Shown piece by piece: positions 1 to 7,761 of a DNA stretch of 36,605 nucleotides. Location of the stretch: the NCBI GenBank assembly GCA_038213315.1, contig JBBQTJ010000002.1, positions 1 to 36,605 on the forward strand. Reading direction: 5' to 3'. Both the position numbers and the translations under genes were made by a program. Under the pieces are notes generated by a model. It saw nothing but the letters and a program-made list of their open reading frames with translations, had not been told where the DNA came from and did not search any database. Position 1 is the first letter of the stretch. Each line of letters begins with the position of its first letter. Source of the stretch: Planctomycetota bacterium. Its GTDB lineage: Bacteria > Planctomycetota > UBA11346.

Positions 1-1500
1 ATGCCAGCTCGGAATCCCGTTGCCGCCGTCCGTACAGCGCAGAATGGTGGACCTAGTGTAGGTCATCAGCACGCGATAGGGATTGTTCCAATCCACCACG
101 CAGGCACCTGCATCGCCTTCCGTGGTCAGCGACCAGGCCTCATCGCCCACCGTGCGCTGGCCGCCATTGTCCTGGGTGGCGGCGAACAGCACCGCTGGTT
201 GGGTGGGATGCTGGGCCAAACGGCCGACCAGAGTGGTGGCCAGGCCGCTGTTGAGGCTGCGGAACACCGGCAGGGGGCCCTGGGCGGTGTCAGTGACGAA
301 GACGCCACCGTCGCAGCCGACCCAAAGCTGGTTGGGCACGCCGCGCGGGAACACCAGGGTGTGCACGTCGGCATGCACATTGTGACCGATGAAGGTCGGC
401 TGCGCGCGGAAGGCGTTGCCCTGCGGCCGCACCCGTAGCCGCCAGATCGAAGATGACCACACCGAGGTCGCGGTCTCGCCGATCCTGACCACATTGCCCA
501 CGTCCACCGAAACCGTTGAGCCGCCGCAGTAGAGGGTGTCCACATCGCCGGGATCAACGACCATAGCAAGGTCGTACCAGCCCTGGTCGCCGACGAATGC
601 GCCCAGGCCAGCGGGCACCGGTGTCCACGCCACCTGCCGCCAGCGGCCAGTGCCGGCGGCGTTAATGCGGATACGCCAGATGTCGCCATTGGCGCGCACC
701 GCATACACCACGTCGATGCGTTCGGGGTGGACCGCCAGGGTGATCCGACCATTTCCGGCGGGAAATGCGGCGGCGGCGATCTGACCCACCACCGTCCAAG
801 TGATGCCGGTATCGTTCGAACGGAGGATGCTCGCCGGCAGGCCAGGACCCCCATTGCGCACCGCCGCGAAGAACACGCCACGCACGCACACGACGCTGCT
901 GACATCCCGGTTGTCCCGATTGGGCCCGGCGGCAAACGGCAGGGCGCACTGCTGCCAGGTCTGCACTACGCCCACCAGGCCACGCCGGTAGAGCCCGATG
1001 CTGGTGGCGCCGATGGCCCGTTCCGGGTCCGTGGGATCGACGGCGATGGCATAGAAGCCCTGGCTACGCAGCGCCGTGCCGGCGACGGCCTCAGTGGTCC
1101 AAGTGCGTCCGCCGTCGCTTGAGACGATCGGGCCGACACCGAAGGCCACGGCGGTCCCGTTAAAGCCCTCGCCGGTACCCACGAAGACCTGGTCGGGTTG
1201 GTCGGGATGAATCGCGACGGCACCGATCGCCAAGCTGTCGGCCCGGCCACTGAGGCGCAGAGGATCGCCATCAGGTGGGTCCATGAGCGGTCGCCACGAC
1301 ACTCCGGCGTCGTCGCTACGCCACACGCCGCCAGTATTGGTACCGGCGTAAATCACCTCGCCGTACCGGGACAAAGCGATGGACGGCACGCGCCCTGAGA
1401 CCGGCGGACGAAGGACGGCCTGGCCGTTACGCATCACCGAAGGACCGATGGCGGTCCAGGCGGCGGGGACAGGGGCGGGCAGAAGCGGGTCGGCGGGCAT
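1..1500 (-). CDS. BNR/Asp-box repeat beta-propeller protein (VPS10/GH74/sialidase-like fold); 3'-partial
   Basis: Not in the ORF track. Hand translation from ATG 1500 stays open to base 1: MPADPLLPAPVPAAWTAIGPSVMRNGQAVLRPPVSGRVPSIALSRYGEVIYAGTNTGGVWRSDDAGVSW...VSSDGGRTW...LRSNDTGITW...QGWYDLAMVVDP...VHADVHTLVF...GCDGGV...TQDNG. Three clear SxDxGxxW Asp-boxes; no signal peptide. Confidence 0.85.
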   Translation of the reverse strand, partial: MPADPLLPAPVPAAWTAIGPSVMRNGQAVLRPPVSGRVPSIALSRYGEVIYAGTNTGGVWRSDDAGVSWRPLMDPPDGDPLRLSGRADSLAIGAVAIHPDQPDQVFVGTGEGFNGTAVAFGVGPIVSSDGGRTWTTEAVAGTALRSQGFYAIAVDPTDPERAIGATSIGLYRRGLVGVVQTWQQCALPFAAGPNRDNRDVSSVVCVRGVFFAAVRNGGPGLPASILRSNDTGITWTVVGQIAAAAFPAGNGRITLAVHPERIDVVYAVRANGDIWRIRINAAGTGRWRQVAWTPVPAGLGAFVGDQGWYDLAMVVDPGDVDTLYCGGSTVSVDVGNVVRIGETATSVWSSSIWRLRVRPQGNAFRAQPTFIGHNVHADVHTLVFPRGVPNQLWVGCDGGVFVTDTAQGPLPVFRSLNSGLATTLVGRLAQHPTQPAVLFAATQDNGGQRTVGDEAWSLTTEGDAGACVVDWNNPYRVLMTYTRSTILRCTDGGNGIPSWH

Positions 1501-1506
1501 GGGAAC

Positions 1507-1743
1507 TCAGCCGCCGTCGGCGGCGTCTTGCAGACGCTGACGGTATTCGCGCATCAGGTCGGAGAGGGGCGGCGGAGCATCGGTGGGCAGCGCCCCGGGA
1601 TCGACGGGAACCTCGGGCGGCAATTCGTCCTCGACGTCCTTGTTGGGATCTTTGACCGTGGTGACCCGGTTACGCTGGTTCATGAACCATAACAGGCGCT
1701 GCTCCGCCCCGCTGGCTTCGCTATCATTGAGATCATCAGGCAT
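1507..1743 (-). CDS. small acidic/Pro-rich hypothetical protein (78 aa), in frame with the downstream propeller gene
   Basis: Fills the gap between the collagen gene (2-nt gap) and the propeller gene (6-nt gap); TGA-GTT-CCC-ATG junction. Confidence 0.7.
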   Translation of the reverse strand: MPDDLNDSEASGAEQRLLWFMNQRNRVTTVKDPNKDVEDELPPEVPVDPGALPTDAPPPLSDLMREYRQRLQDAADGG

Positions 1744-1745
1744 GG

Positions 1746-3344
1746 CTAACCTCCCACGGGGAATTGAAGATGGAGCTGGCCGCCCGGCGGCAGGACCAGC
1801 GTGGGGAAGGCCAGGGCCAGCAGCACGCAGCAGACCGGGCGCTGGTCCACATCCCGCAGACGCTCGCCATCAACCCGGATCAGCAGGGCGCCGATGCCCT
1901 GGCTCAAGGTCGCTTTCAGGACCGCAGCCCCGGCCGCATCACAGCGCCAGCGCAGGGTGCGTTGCTGGACCACATCGGCCATGCCGGTGACCATCCGACC
2001 AACCCCATCCCGACCGACCGCCCAGGCCTCGACCAGCGCCGTGCCCTCCGCCTTGACTGCAGCTGGATCGAGAGGCGCCGAGAAAGAGGCCAGCAAACCG
2101 CCCTGCTGGAAGGTGGCGATGATCGCCGCGCCAGCGATGGGGCTTTCTGCCGGCGCCAGCTTCACCAGTCGGGTCAGTTTAGCCTCGAAGCCCGGGCCGG
2201 CCGGACCTTGGGCCCCGGAGGCACCATCGGCGCCCTTGGCTCCTGGCTGTCCAGCGGCACCGGCATCGCCTTTGTCGCCTTTGGCTCCCGGCTGTCCGGT
2301 AGTACCGGTATTGCCCTGGTCACCCTTGGGACCCGCCTGGCCGTTGGGCCCGGCCGCACCGACATCGCCTTTGTCGCCCTTGGCACCTGGCTGGCCAACG
2401 GCCCCGGCATCGCCGGTGTCACCCTTGTCTCCTTTCGCGCCTGGCTGGCCGTCAGCACCGATTGCACCGGGCATGCCTGGGGACCCAGACTGCCCCGGTG
2501 GACCAGCAACACCATTTGCTCCGACTGGCCCTAGTGGTCCCGCAGCGCCATCGGCACCGGCCGGGCCTTGCAGTCCGGCGGCGCCATCAGCGCCTGCGAG
2601 ACCTTGCGGGCCGGCGACACCGTCAGGGCCAACGGGGCCCGGTGCTCCCGCAGCGCCATCGGCACCGGCCGGGCCTTGGGGTCCGGCGGCGCCATCAGCG
2701 CCTGCGGGACCCTGCGGGCCGGCAGCACCGTCAACGCCGTCAGCGCCAGCTGGGCCCGGTGCTCCCGCAGCGCCATCGGCACCGGCCGGACCCGCCGGCC
2801 CCATGGCGCCACCGGCTCCATCGAAACGCCAGCGTCCGGCGCTGTCCTGATAAAAATTGCCGCTGTGTCCGTGGGCGGCGGGCACCAGCCACAAGGCCGG
2901 GTCCTGGGCGACCGTGATGGTGGCACCAGTGCGCGTCACCGTGCCGACGCCCAAGGCATCATCCAACACCGCCATGTCCATGGCCTGCACCACCACGACG
3001 GTCTGCGTGCGCACCAGGGTGGGTTGATCATCAATGCGCAGGGTCGGCTCGTCGGTATTGCTGCCCGCCACCACCACGCGCCAGGTGCCATCACCAGCAG
3101 GCAGGACCAGGGGCACCGCCGTCGTGACCCCGAGGCGGACGCCGGTGGCCGCAAAAATGACGCCAGGTGCAAGGGTCGCCGTGCCCGCCACCACGCTCAG
3201 CCGTAGTCCCCAGGCAATGCGGCCCAGCCCCAAGGCGGTGCGCAGGTCGACTACTGCCTCTGCCAGAGTTTGCTGGAGGTGGGTAAGGTGGGCCGGCGTC
3301 ACACGCAGGCCGTCACGGAAATTGGTGCGGGCGTCGGTGATCAT
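1746..3344 (-). CDS. collagen-like tail fibre / appendage protein
   Basis: N-terminus RTNFRDGLRVTPAHLTHLQ...LGLGRIAWGLRL resembles baseplate-anchoring N-termini of CIS fibre proteins. It is followed by 70 uninterrupted Gly-X-Y triplets and a ~145-aa globular C-terminal domain. ATGA overlap with the upstream gene. Confidence 0.85.
   Translation of the reverse strand: MITDARTNFRDGLRVTPAHLTHLQQTLAEAVVDLRTALGLGRIAWGLRLSVVAGTATLAPGVIFAATGVRLGVTTAVPLVLPAGDGTWRVVVAGSNTDEPTLRIDDQPTLVRTQTVVVVQAMDMAVLDDALGVGTVTRTGATITVAQDPALWLVPAAHGHSGNFYQDSAGRWRFDGAGGAMGPAGPAGADGAAGAPGPAGADGVDGAAGPQGPAGADGAAGPQGPAGADGAAGAPGPVGPDGVAGPQGLAGADGAAGLQGPAGADGAAGPLGPVGANGVAGPPGQSGSPGMPGAIGADGQPGAKGDKGDTGDAGAVGQPGAKGDKGDVGAAGPNGQAGPKGDQGNTGTTGQPGAKGDKGDAGAAGQPGAKGADGASGAQGPAGPGFEAKLTRLVKLAPAESPIAGAAIIATFQQGGLLASFSAPLDPAAVKAEGTALVEAWAVGRDGVGRMVTGMADVVQQRTLRWRCDAAGAAVLKATLSQGIGALLIRVDGERLRDVDQRPVCCVLLALAFPTLVLPPGGQLHLQFPVGG
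2190..2819 (-). repeat. Gly-X-Y collagen repeat tract (70 triplets) with DNA-level duplications
   Basis: 630 nt of G-X-Y codons. The block cccgcagcgccatcggcaccggccgg recurs near 2539, 2647 and 2764. Confidence 0.95.
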
Positions 3345-4951
3345 GGGGTGCGGTAGTAGACGGTGGCAGCGGAAATGGTGACTTGGCCGGCGCTGTGCAG
3401 GCGCAGTCGCAGACGCAGGGCGCCGCCTGCGATCTCGCCCCGGGCCGCAGTGGCAGATATGGCGGGGGTCAGGGTCACCACACCGCTGGCTGGTGCGGGG
3501 GTGAATCCGGGCGCCACCTGGGGCGCGCTTGATCCATGCAGCAGGGGCACCACGGCGGGGCGCAGATCATCGCTGCGCGGAGTTCCCAGGATGCGCAGCC
3601 GTCCGGCGGGGACGATGGCGTCGGGACCAAGCCGGGCGGCGACGTGCAGGGGCCGGAAGGGCGGACCAGGCAAGCTGCGCCGCAGGCGGATCGCGTCGGG
3701 CAACGCATCGCTGGTGACCTGGCTCATGGGCCAATCGCAGGCGCCGCGGGTGGCGGTGATCTCGACCCACCAGGTCGCACCCGGGGGGATCTTCACGGGT
3801 TTGGCGAGTTGCAGTTCGACCCAGCGTTCGCCGCCGACCGGATCCGCCGCGATGGGGGTGGGTTTGAAGCGGGCGGACGGGACCGGTGCGATGGGTAGAT
3901 CCAAAGTGCCCTGATGCAACACCGCGGCGAGTTCGGCTCCCAAGAAGCCCGGGGGAAGAACCAGGGGCAGACGGATGGCGAGCAATTCGCCCAGTGGAGC
4001 CAGCCAGGACGCCGGCAGGCGGGCCGCATAACTATGAGCAGGATCGATGACCAGTCGGGCCGCGCCGTTCACCAGCGGGTCCGGCAAGGGCCACGCGCGC
4101 CAGGCGGGCATGCGCCCCGCCACGGTCAGTTCAATGCGGACCACTTCCCACGTCGAGGACGCGGCTGGCAGCGGCAGGCTCGCCTCGACCTCAGCTTCGC
4201 TTTCCCCACCGACCACCAGCCCGGCCGGGGGCAGCGCCACCGCATGAACACGGATGTACGCAATGCTCAGGCTCAGACCCTGGCTGCACGGCGTACCGGT
4301 GCGCAGCGTCACGGCGGGGTTGGCGCCCCGGGCCAGCGCCGCCTGTAGTTCGGCGATCACCGGCACGGTAAAGGTAGCTTCAGGTGTGGCGGCGCTGCTC
4401 AGCTTCACTGGGCCGGGCCGGGACCAAGCACGCACCCCGGCGATCTCAAGGCTCAGGTCGGTCGGGACCCCCGGCATGGTCACGTCCAGAGCGGTACTGG
4501 CCACGGCGGCCGCGACCGCCGTGCTGAAGGTCAGCTCCAGCCGCTCTGACTGTACTTCGGCGAAGGAGATGGAACTGCCAGCCAACTGGGCGGCCGTCAG
4601 ATACACAGAGGTGAAGCCGGTACCGGCCCAGCGCCGCAGCGAGACCAGCGTCTTGCCACTGGGCAGGCTGAGCGACGAGACCGTGCGCAAGGCGCCGAAA
4701 TCCAAAACCACCACCGTGGAGTTCTCGCCATTGCGAACCTGGGCCACCTTGCCGGCGGCGATGACCCCGGCTTCCTTCACCGTGATCGTGGCGGTGGCCT
4801 CGGTGATGATCGCATCGGCAGGGATGGTGGTGACCTTGGTGGTCTCCACATCGCCCTCGAAGGTCATCAACGTCATGAAGAATGTCATGGGGTAGCTCGT
4901 GGTCTGCACCACGCCCCAGCCCATGTCCATCCCTGGCACCTCGGCGGGCAT
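3341..4951 (-). CDS. beta-rich hypothetical CIS accessory protein, possible jelly-roll/discoidin-like binding domains
   Basis: Start moved to ATG 4951 (TGAcATG coupling). Segments VVLDFGALRTVSSLSL...ISFAEVQSERLELTF and WVELQLAKPVKIPPGATWWVEI resemble galactose-binding-like sandwiches. Confidence 0.65.
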   Translation of the reverse strand: MPAEVPGMDMGWGVVQTTSYPMTFFMTLMTFEGDVETTKVTTIPADAIITEATATITVKEAGVIAAGKVAQVRNGENSTVVVLDFGALRTVSSLSLPSGKTLVSLRRWAGTGFTSVYLTAAQLAGSSISFAEVQSERLELTFSTAVAAAVASTALDVTMPGVPTDLSLEIAGVRAWSRPGPVKLSSAATPEATFTVPVIAELQAALARGANPAVTLRTGTPCSQGLSLSIAYIRVHAVALPPAGLVVGGESEAEVEASLPLPAASSTWEVVRIELTVAGRMPAWRAWPLPDPLVNGAARLVIDPAHSYAARLPASWLAPLGELLAIRLPLVLPPGFLGAELAAVLHQGTLDLPIAPVPSARFKPTPIAADPVGGERWVELQLAKPVKIPPGATWWVEITATRGACDWPMSQVTSDALPDAIRLRRSLPGPPFRPLHVAARLGPDAIVPAGRLRILGTPRSDDLRPAVVPLLHGSSAPQVAPGFTPAPASGVVTLTPAISATAARGEIAGGALRLRLRLHSAGQVTISAATVYYRTP

Positions 4952-4952
4952 G

Positions 4953-5444
4953 TCAGCCCGCCAGGCCGTTGAAGGCCTTGGCGGCACCCAACGCGACCAT
5001 CACGCTGTCCAGGTCGTCACCGGGGGTGGCGCCGATCGTAACGTTTTTGCTGCCCAGCTTTTGCAGGGCCTGGGTCCGCTCCGCGTCGGAGAGCGTCATA
5101 TTCTCTGCGTACTTGGCCACCAGATTGCTCATCACCTCGTCATCCTTGACGTAATCGTCATAGACTTTGCCCAGATTGTCGGCCTGCCACTTATTGTAGC
5201 CGCCAGTCACCGCGCCCGAGGGGATGGTCCGGCCATTGGCCAGGACGAGGTTCACGGTGGCGCCGCGGGCCAACTGAGTGCCCGCCTTGGGCGTCTGCGA
5301 CAGTACGCGTGGCGAGCTGTAGATCGTCTCGATGGTGCCGACGCTGCCCTCTTTGATGTTCACCTCGGCGACGGGACCATCGTTCCGGACGACGCGCTTG
5401 GCATCGAAGCGATTAGGCTCGTAGAAGGCAGTGAAGTTTGGCAT
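4953..5444 (-). CDS. hypothetical protein with the C-terminal half of a PASTA domain
   Basis: RVLSQTPKAGTQLARGATVNLVLANG matches the PASTA beta-strand signature. AAGGA RBS 8 nt before ATG 5444. Confidence 0.75.
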   Translation of the reverse strand: MPNFTAFYEPNRFDAKRVVRNDGPVAEVNIKEGSVGTIETIYSSPRVLSQTPKAGTQLARGATVNLVLANGRTIPSGAVTGGYNKWQADNLGKVYDDYVKDDEVMSNLVAKYAENMTLSDAERTQALQKLGSKNVTIGATPGDDLDSVMVALGAAKAFNGLAG

Positions 5445-5477
5445 GGTCAAAATCCTTGGTTCAGGCGACGCTCAGCG

Positions 5478-6191
5478 TCACTTGGTGATGGTGGTGGTGC
5501 CAATTTTCAGGCCAGCCTTGGTCAGGGCGGCCGTCGCTTCGGCCAAGGTCAAACCGGTCAGGTTGGGCACCGTGACCGCCGCTGGCTGCAACTCGGCGCT
5601 GACCACCAGACGGACCTGGGCGGTATTGGCCAAGGCGTAGGCCGCGGGCGCAGGATGCTGCCACAACACCACGGCGTTCTGGAACTGGGCCGGGGGGTTG
5701 AGCTTGGGTACCGCCTCGCCGCTGGCGTCAAAGATGCTGTCGATAGTCAGGGTCTTGGCGCCCAAAGCGGCCAGGGCCTGGGTCAGGGTGCGGCCAAAGA
5801 GGTCCGGCATGACCTGCTGATTCACGGTCAGCGAAACGGTGGCCTGGGTCGCCGCCGGCACGGTGATGTCGACGCTGGCATCGGCACAGCCGGGCGCACT
5901 GACCTTCAGCGACCAGGTGCCGTCGGTCAGGCCCGACAGTTGGTGCTTCACTTGGCCAGGGAACGGCGCGATGGCAGGGATCGGACGGCCACCTGCTGCG
6001 GGCACGGCGACCACGCGGGCGTCGGCACGGGCCGCGCCGCCGGCGGTGACCTCCACCGCCACGGCGTTGCCGCCCAGGGCGTTGACGGCGTCATAGAGCC
6101 CATTGATGGCGGCCGTGATGGCGTTCCACGCCTGGGCGGTGATGGGGCGTCCGGGATCGGCGGTGGCGAGGGCCGGCTTGGTCAAAGGCAT
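5478..6191 (-). CDS. PASTA-domain protein with a carboxypeptidase-regulatory/prealbumin-like beta-sandwich
   Basis: N-terminal PGRPITAQAWNAI plus helix; LSGLTDGTWSLKVSAPG sandwich; PASTA1 VMPDLFGRTLTQALAAL...VVLWQHPAP...VRLVVS; truncated PASTA2 VTVPNLTGLTLAEATAALTKAGLKIG. Confidence 0.8.
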   Translation of the reverse strand: MPLTKPALATADPGRPITAQAWNAITAAINGLYDAVNALGGNAVAVEVTAGGAARADARVVAVPAAGGRPIPAIAPFPGQVKHQLSGLTDGTWSLKVSAPGCADASVDITVPAATQATVSLTVNQQVMPDLFGRTLTQALAALGAKTLTIDSIFDASGEAVPKLNPPAQFQNAVVLWQHPAPAAYALANTAQVRLVVSAELQPAAVTVPNLTGLTLAEATAALTKAGLKIGTTTITK

Positions 6192-6213
6192 GGGGGCGGT
6201 CCTGAGAAGGAGT

Positions 6214-7761
6214 TCAGACGGGAACGGGTTCGGGGAGGGAGAGGCGGGTGCCGTGGATGATCAGACCATCTGGTTCGGCGCTGTCGGCGTCGCGCAGCAC
6301 GCCATCACCCAGGGTCCAGCGATCATCGGCATACTCGACGGCAAGGTACACGCCGGCTGGCCGCACACGGTCGAGGGCGAGGCGGACTCGCTCGCGGATC
6401 TCGATCTGGCCATCCCCATCCAGGTGGGAAAAGCGCATGGGCAGCCATAGGGTGCAGCGATAAGGCTGGCGCTCGCGCCAGGCGAAGCCCACGTCGGCGG
6501 CCGGGGCGTCGGCCGCATCAGCGGCCAGGGAGCCATTGAAGATGCCGGCCGCGAAAAGAGGAATCGCCGCAACGTCGACACCAGCTGATTCGGTACCGAA
6601 GCAGGCTTCGCGGACGAAGAATCTGAAGTTGGTGGTGCCGACGCGCAGCGAGATCGGCGGGGTCAAACCACCGGCGTGGGGCAGGGAACCATCGAGGGCC
6701 GAGGCCACCGGGCGGCATACGCCAAAGAGCGCGGCCCGGTCCGCGTAGGCAGTGGGATCCGCCGCATCGGCGAAGACGAAATCGATTCCGGTGGCGTCAT
6801 AGTCGACATCGGCGAACACGCCACCGTCGATGGCGAAGGCCAGATTACCGGCCTCGACACCGTCCAGTTCGACGATGCCGGACGAGCGGAACAGCACCTC
6901 TTGGCCGGCGGTCAGGACCTTGGCGTAGACCAGGGCCCGGCCCGCATTCACATCCACCACCATCGGCCACATGCAGCGGTCCTCTTTGGCCTTCACCAGG
7001 ATGTCGACCGGCACAGGGCCGAACCCCAAGCGCGCGATGGTGAAGTGCTGCCGGTGCGAACGGGGCACGGGTTCGAGGACCACATCCTTTTCAGGATTCT
7101 CTTCCAGGGCAAGCAGGTCGGTGCGCGGCGTGGGCGCGCCTACCGGTCGCAGGCGATCCTCGGTGTCGAGTACATGCCAGTAGTCATCGCGAGAGCGCCG
7201 CTGGCGGCCCGGTTTCAGGGCCAGCAAGGCTGCGGCGCCGCGCAACAGAGCGCCGGGACTTCCATTTCCAGAGCGGTGGACCGCGATCAGGTCGACCACC
7301 ACGCCCCGTTGCCGCTCAATAGTCCCGGCATTGCGGCCCAGCGCCGTGATGGCCTCGGCCATGCGCGCGACCACCTGTTCAGCGGTCTCGCTGCCGATGG
7401 CGGCCCAGACTCCGGCAGCTTGCCCGAGAATATCTGGCAGAGCCGCGACAGCAGCATCCCGTGCGTCCGCATCGCCCAGCAGGCCGTGCGCCAGGGCAGA
7501 GGCCGCCGCGAGGCGACGCATGCAGGGTTCAAGCAACACCGGACGGATGCCGTGCAGGGCCGCCAACATCAGCAGATCAGCCTGTTCTGCGACCTGACCC
7601 AGGCGATGGGCCGACCGTACCCGGCCCAGGTCGCCGGTGACGTGATCAAGATGCCCGGCCAGGCCCTCTACCACCGCACTGAACAGCGTGCCCGGCGCGT
7701 CCAACGCCAGATGGCGCGGGAAGCGTGACAGTACAGTGCGGGCGCGGGCGCTCAGGCTCAT
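6214..7761 (-). CDS. baseplate wedge protein, P2 gpI / T4 gp7-like, with large insertion
   Basis: Follows baseplate J with ATGA overlap (start 7761). Motifs DLLMLAALHGI, RQRGVVVDLIAVHRSGNGSPGAL and C-terminal LALDRVRPAGVYLAVEY. Confidence 0.7.
   Translation of the reverse strand: MSLSARARTVLSRFPRHLALDAPGTLFSAVVEGLAGHLDHVTGDLGRVRSAHRLGQVAEQADLLMLAALHGIRPVLLEPCMRRLAAASALAHGLLGDADARDAAVAALPDILGQAAGVWAAIGSETAEQVVARMAEAITALGRNAGTIERQRGVVVDLIAVHRSGNGSPGALLRGAAALLALKPGRQRRSRDDYWHVLDTEDRLRPVGAPTPRTDLLALEENPEKDVVLEPVPRSHRQHFTIARLGFGPVPVDILVKAKEDRCMWPMVVDVNAGRALVYAKVLTAGQEVLFRSSGIVELDGVEAGNLAFAIDGGVFADVDYDATGIDFVFADAADPTAYADRAALFGVCRPVASALDGSLPHAGGLTPPISLRVGTTNFRFFVREACFGTESAGVDVAAIPLFAAGIFNGSLAADAADAPAADVGFAWRERQPYRCTLWLPMRFSHLDGDGQIEIRERVRLALDRVRPAGVYLAVEYADDRWTLGDGVLRDADSAEPDGLIIHGTRLSLPEPVPV

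Noticed and set aside
1440-1509. Selenocysteine recoding of the in-frame TGA
   Set aside because: The downstream sequence is C-rich with no evident SECIS hairpin, and the context is not a redox motif.
1801-2850. Plus-strand Pro/Gly repeat ORF (349 aa)
   Set aside because: Mirror of the collagen codons on the opposite strand.
5445-5480. PASTA genes as one pseudogene broken by a nonsense mutation
   Set aside because: Two in-frame stops plus a dedicated RBS and ATG indicate two real genes.
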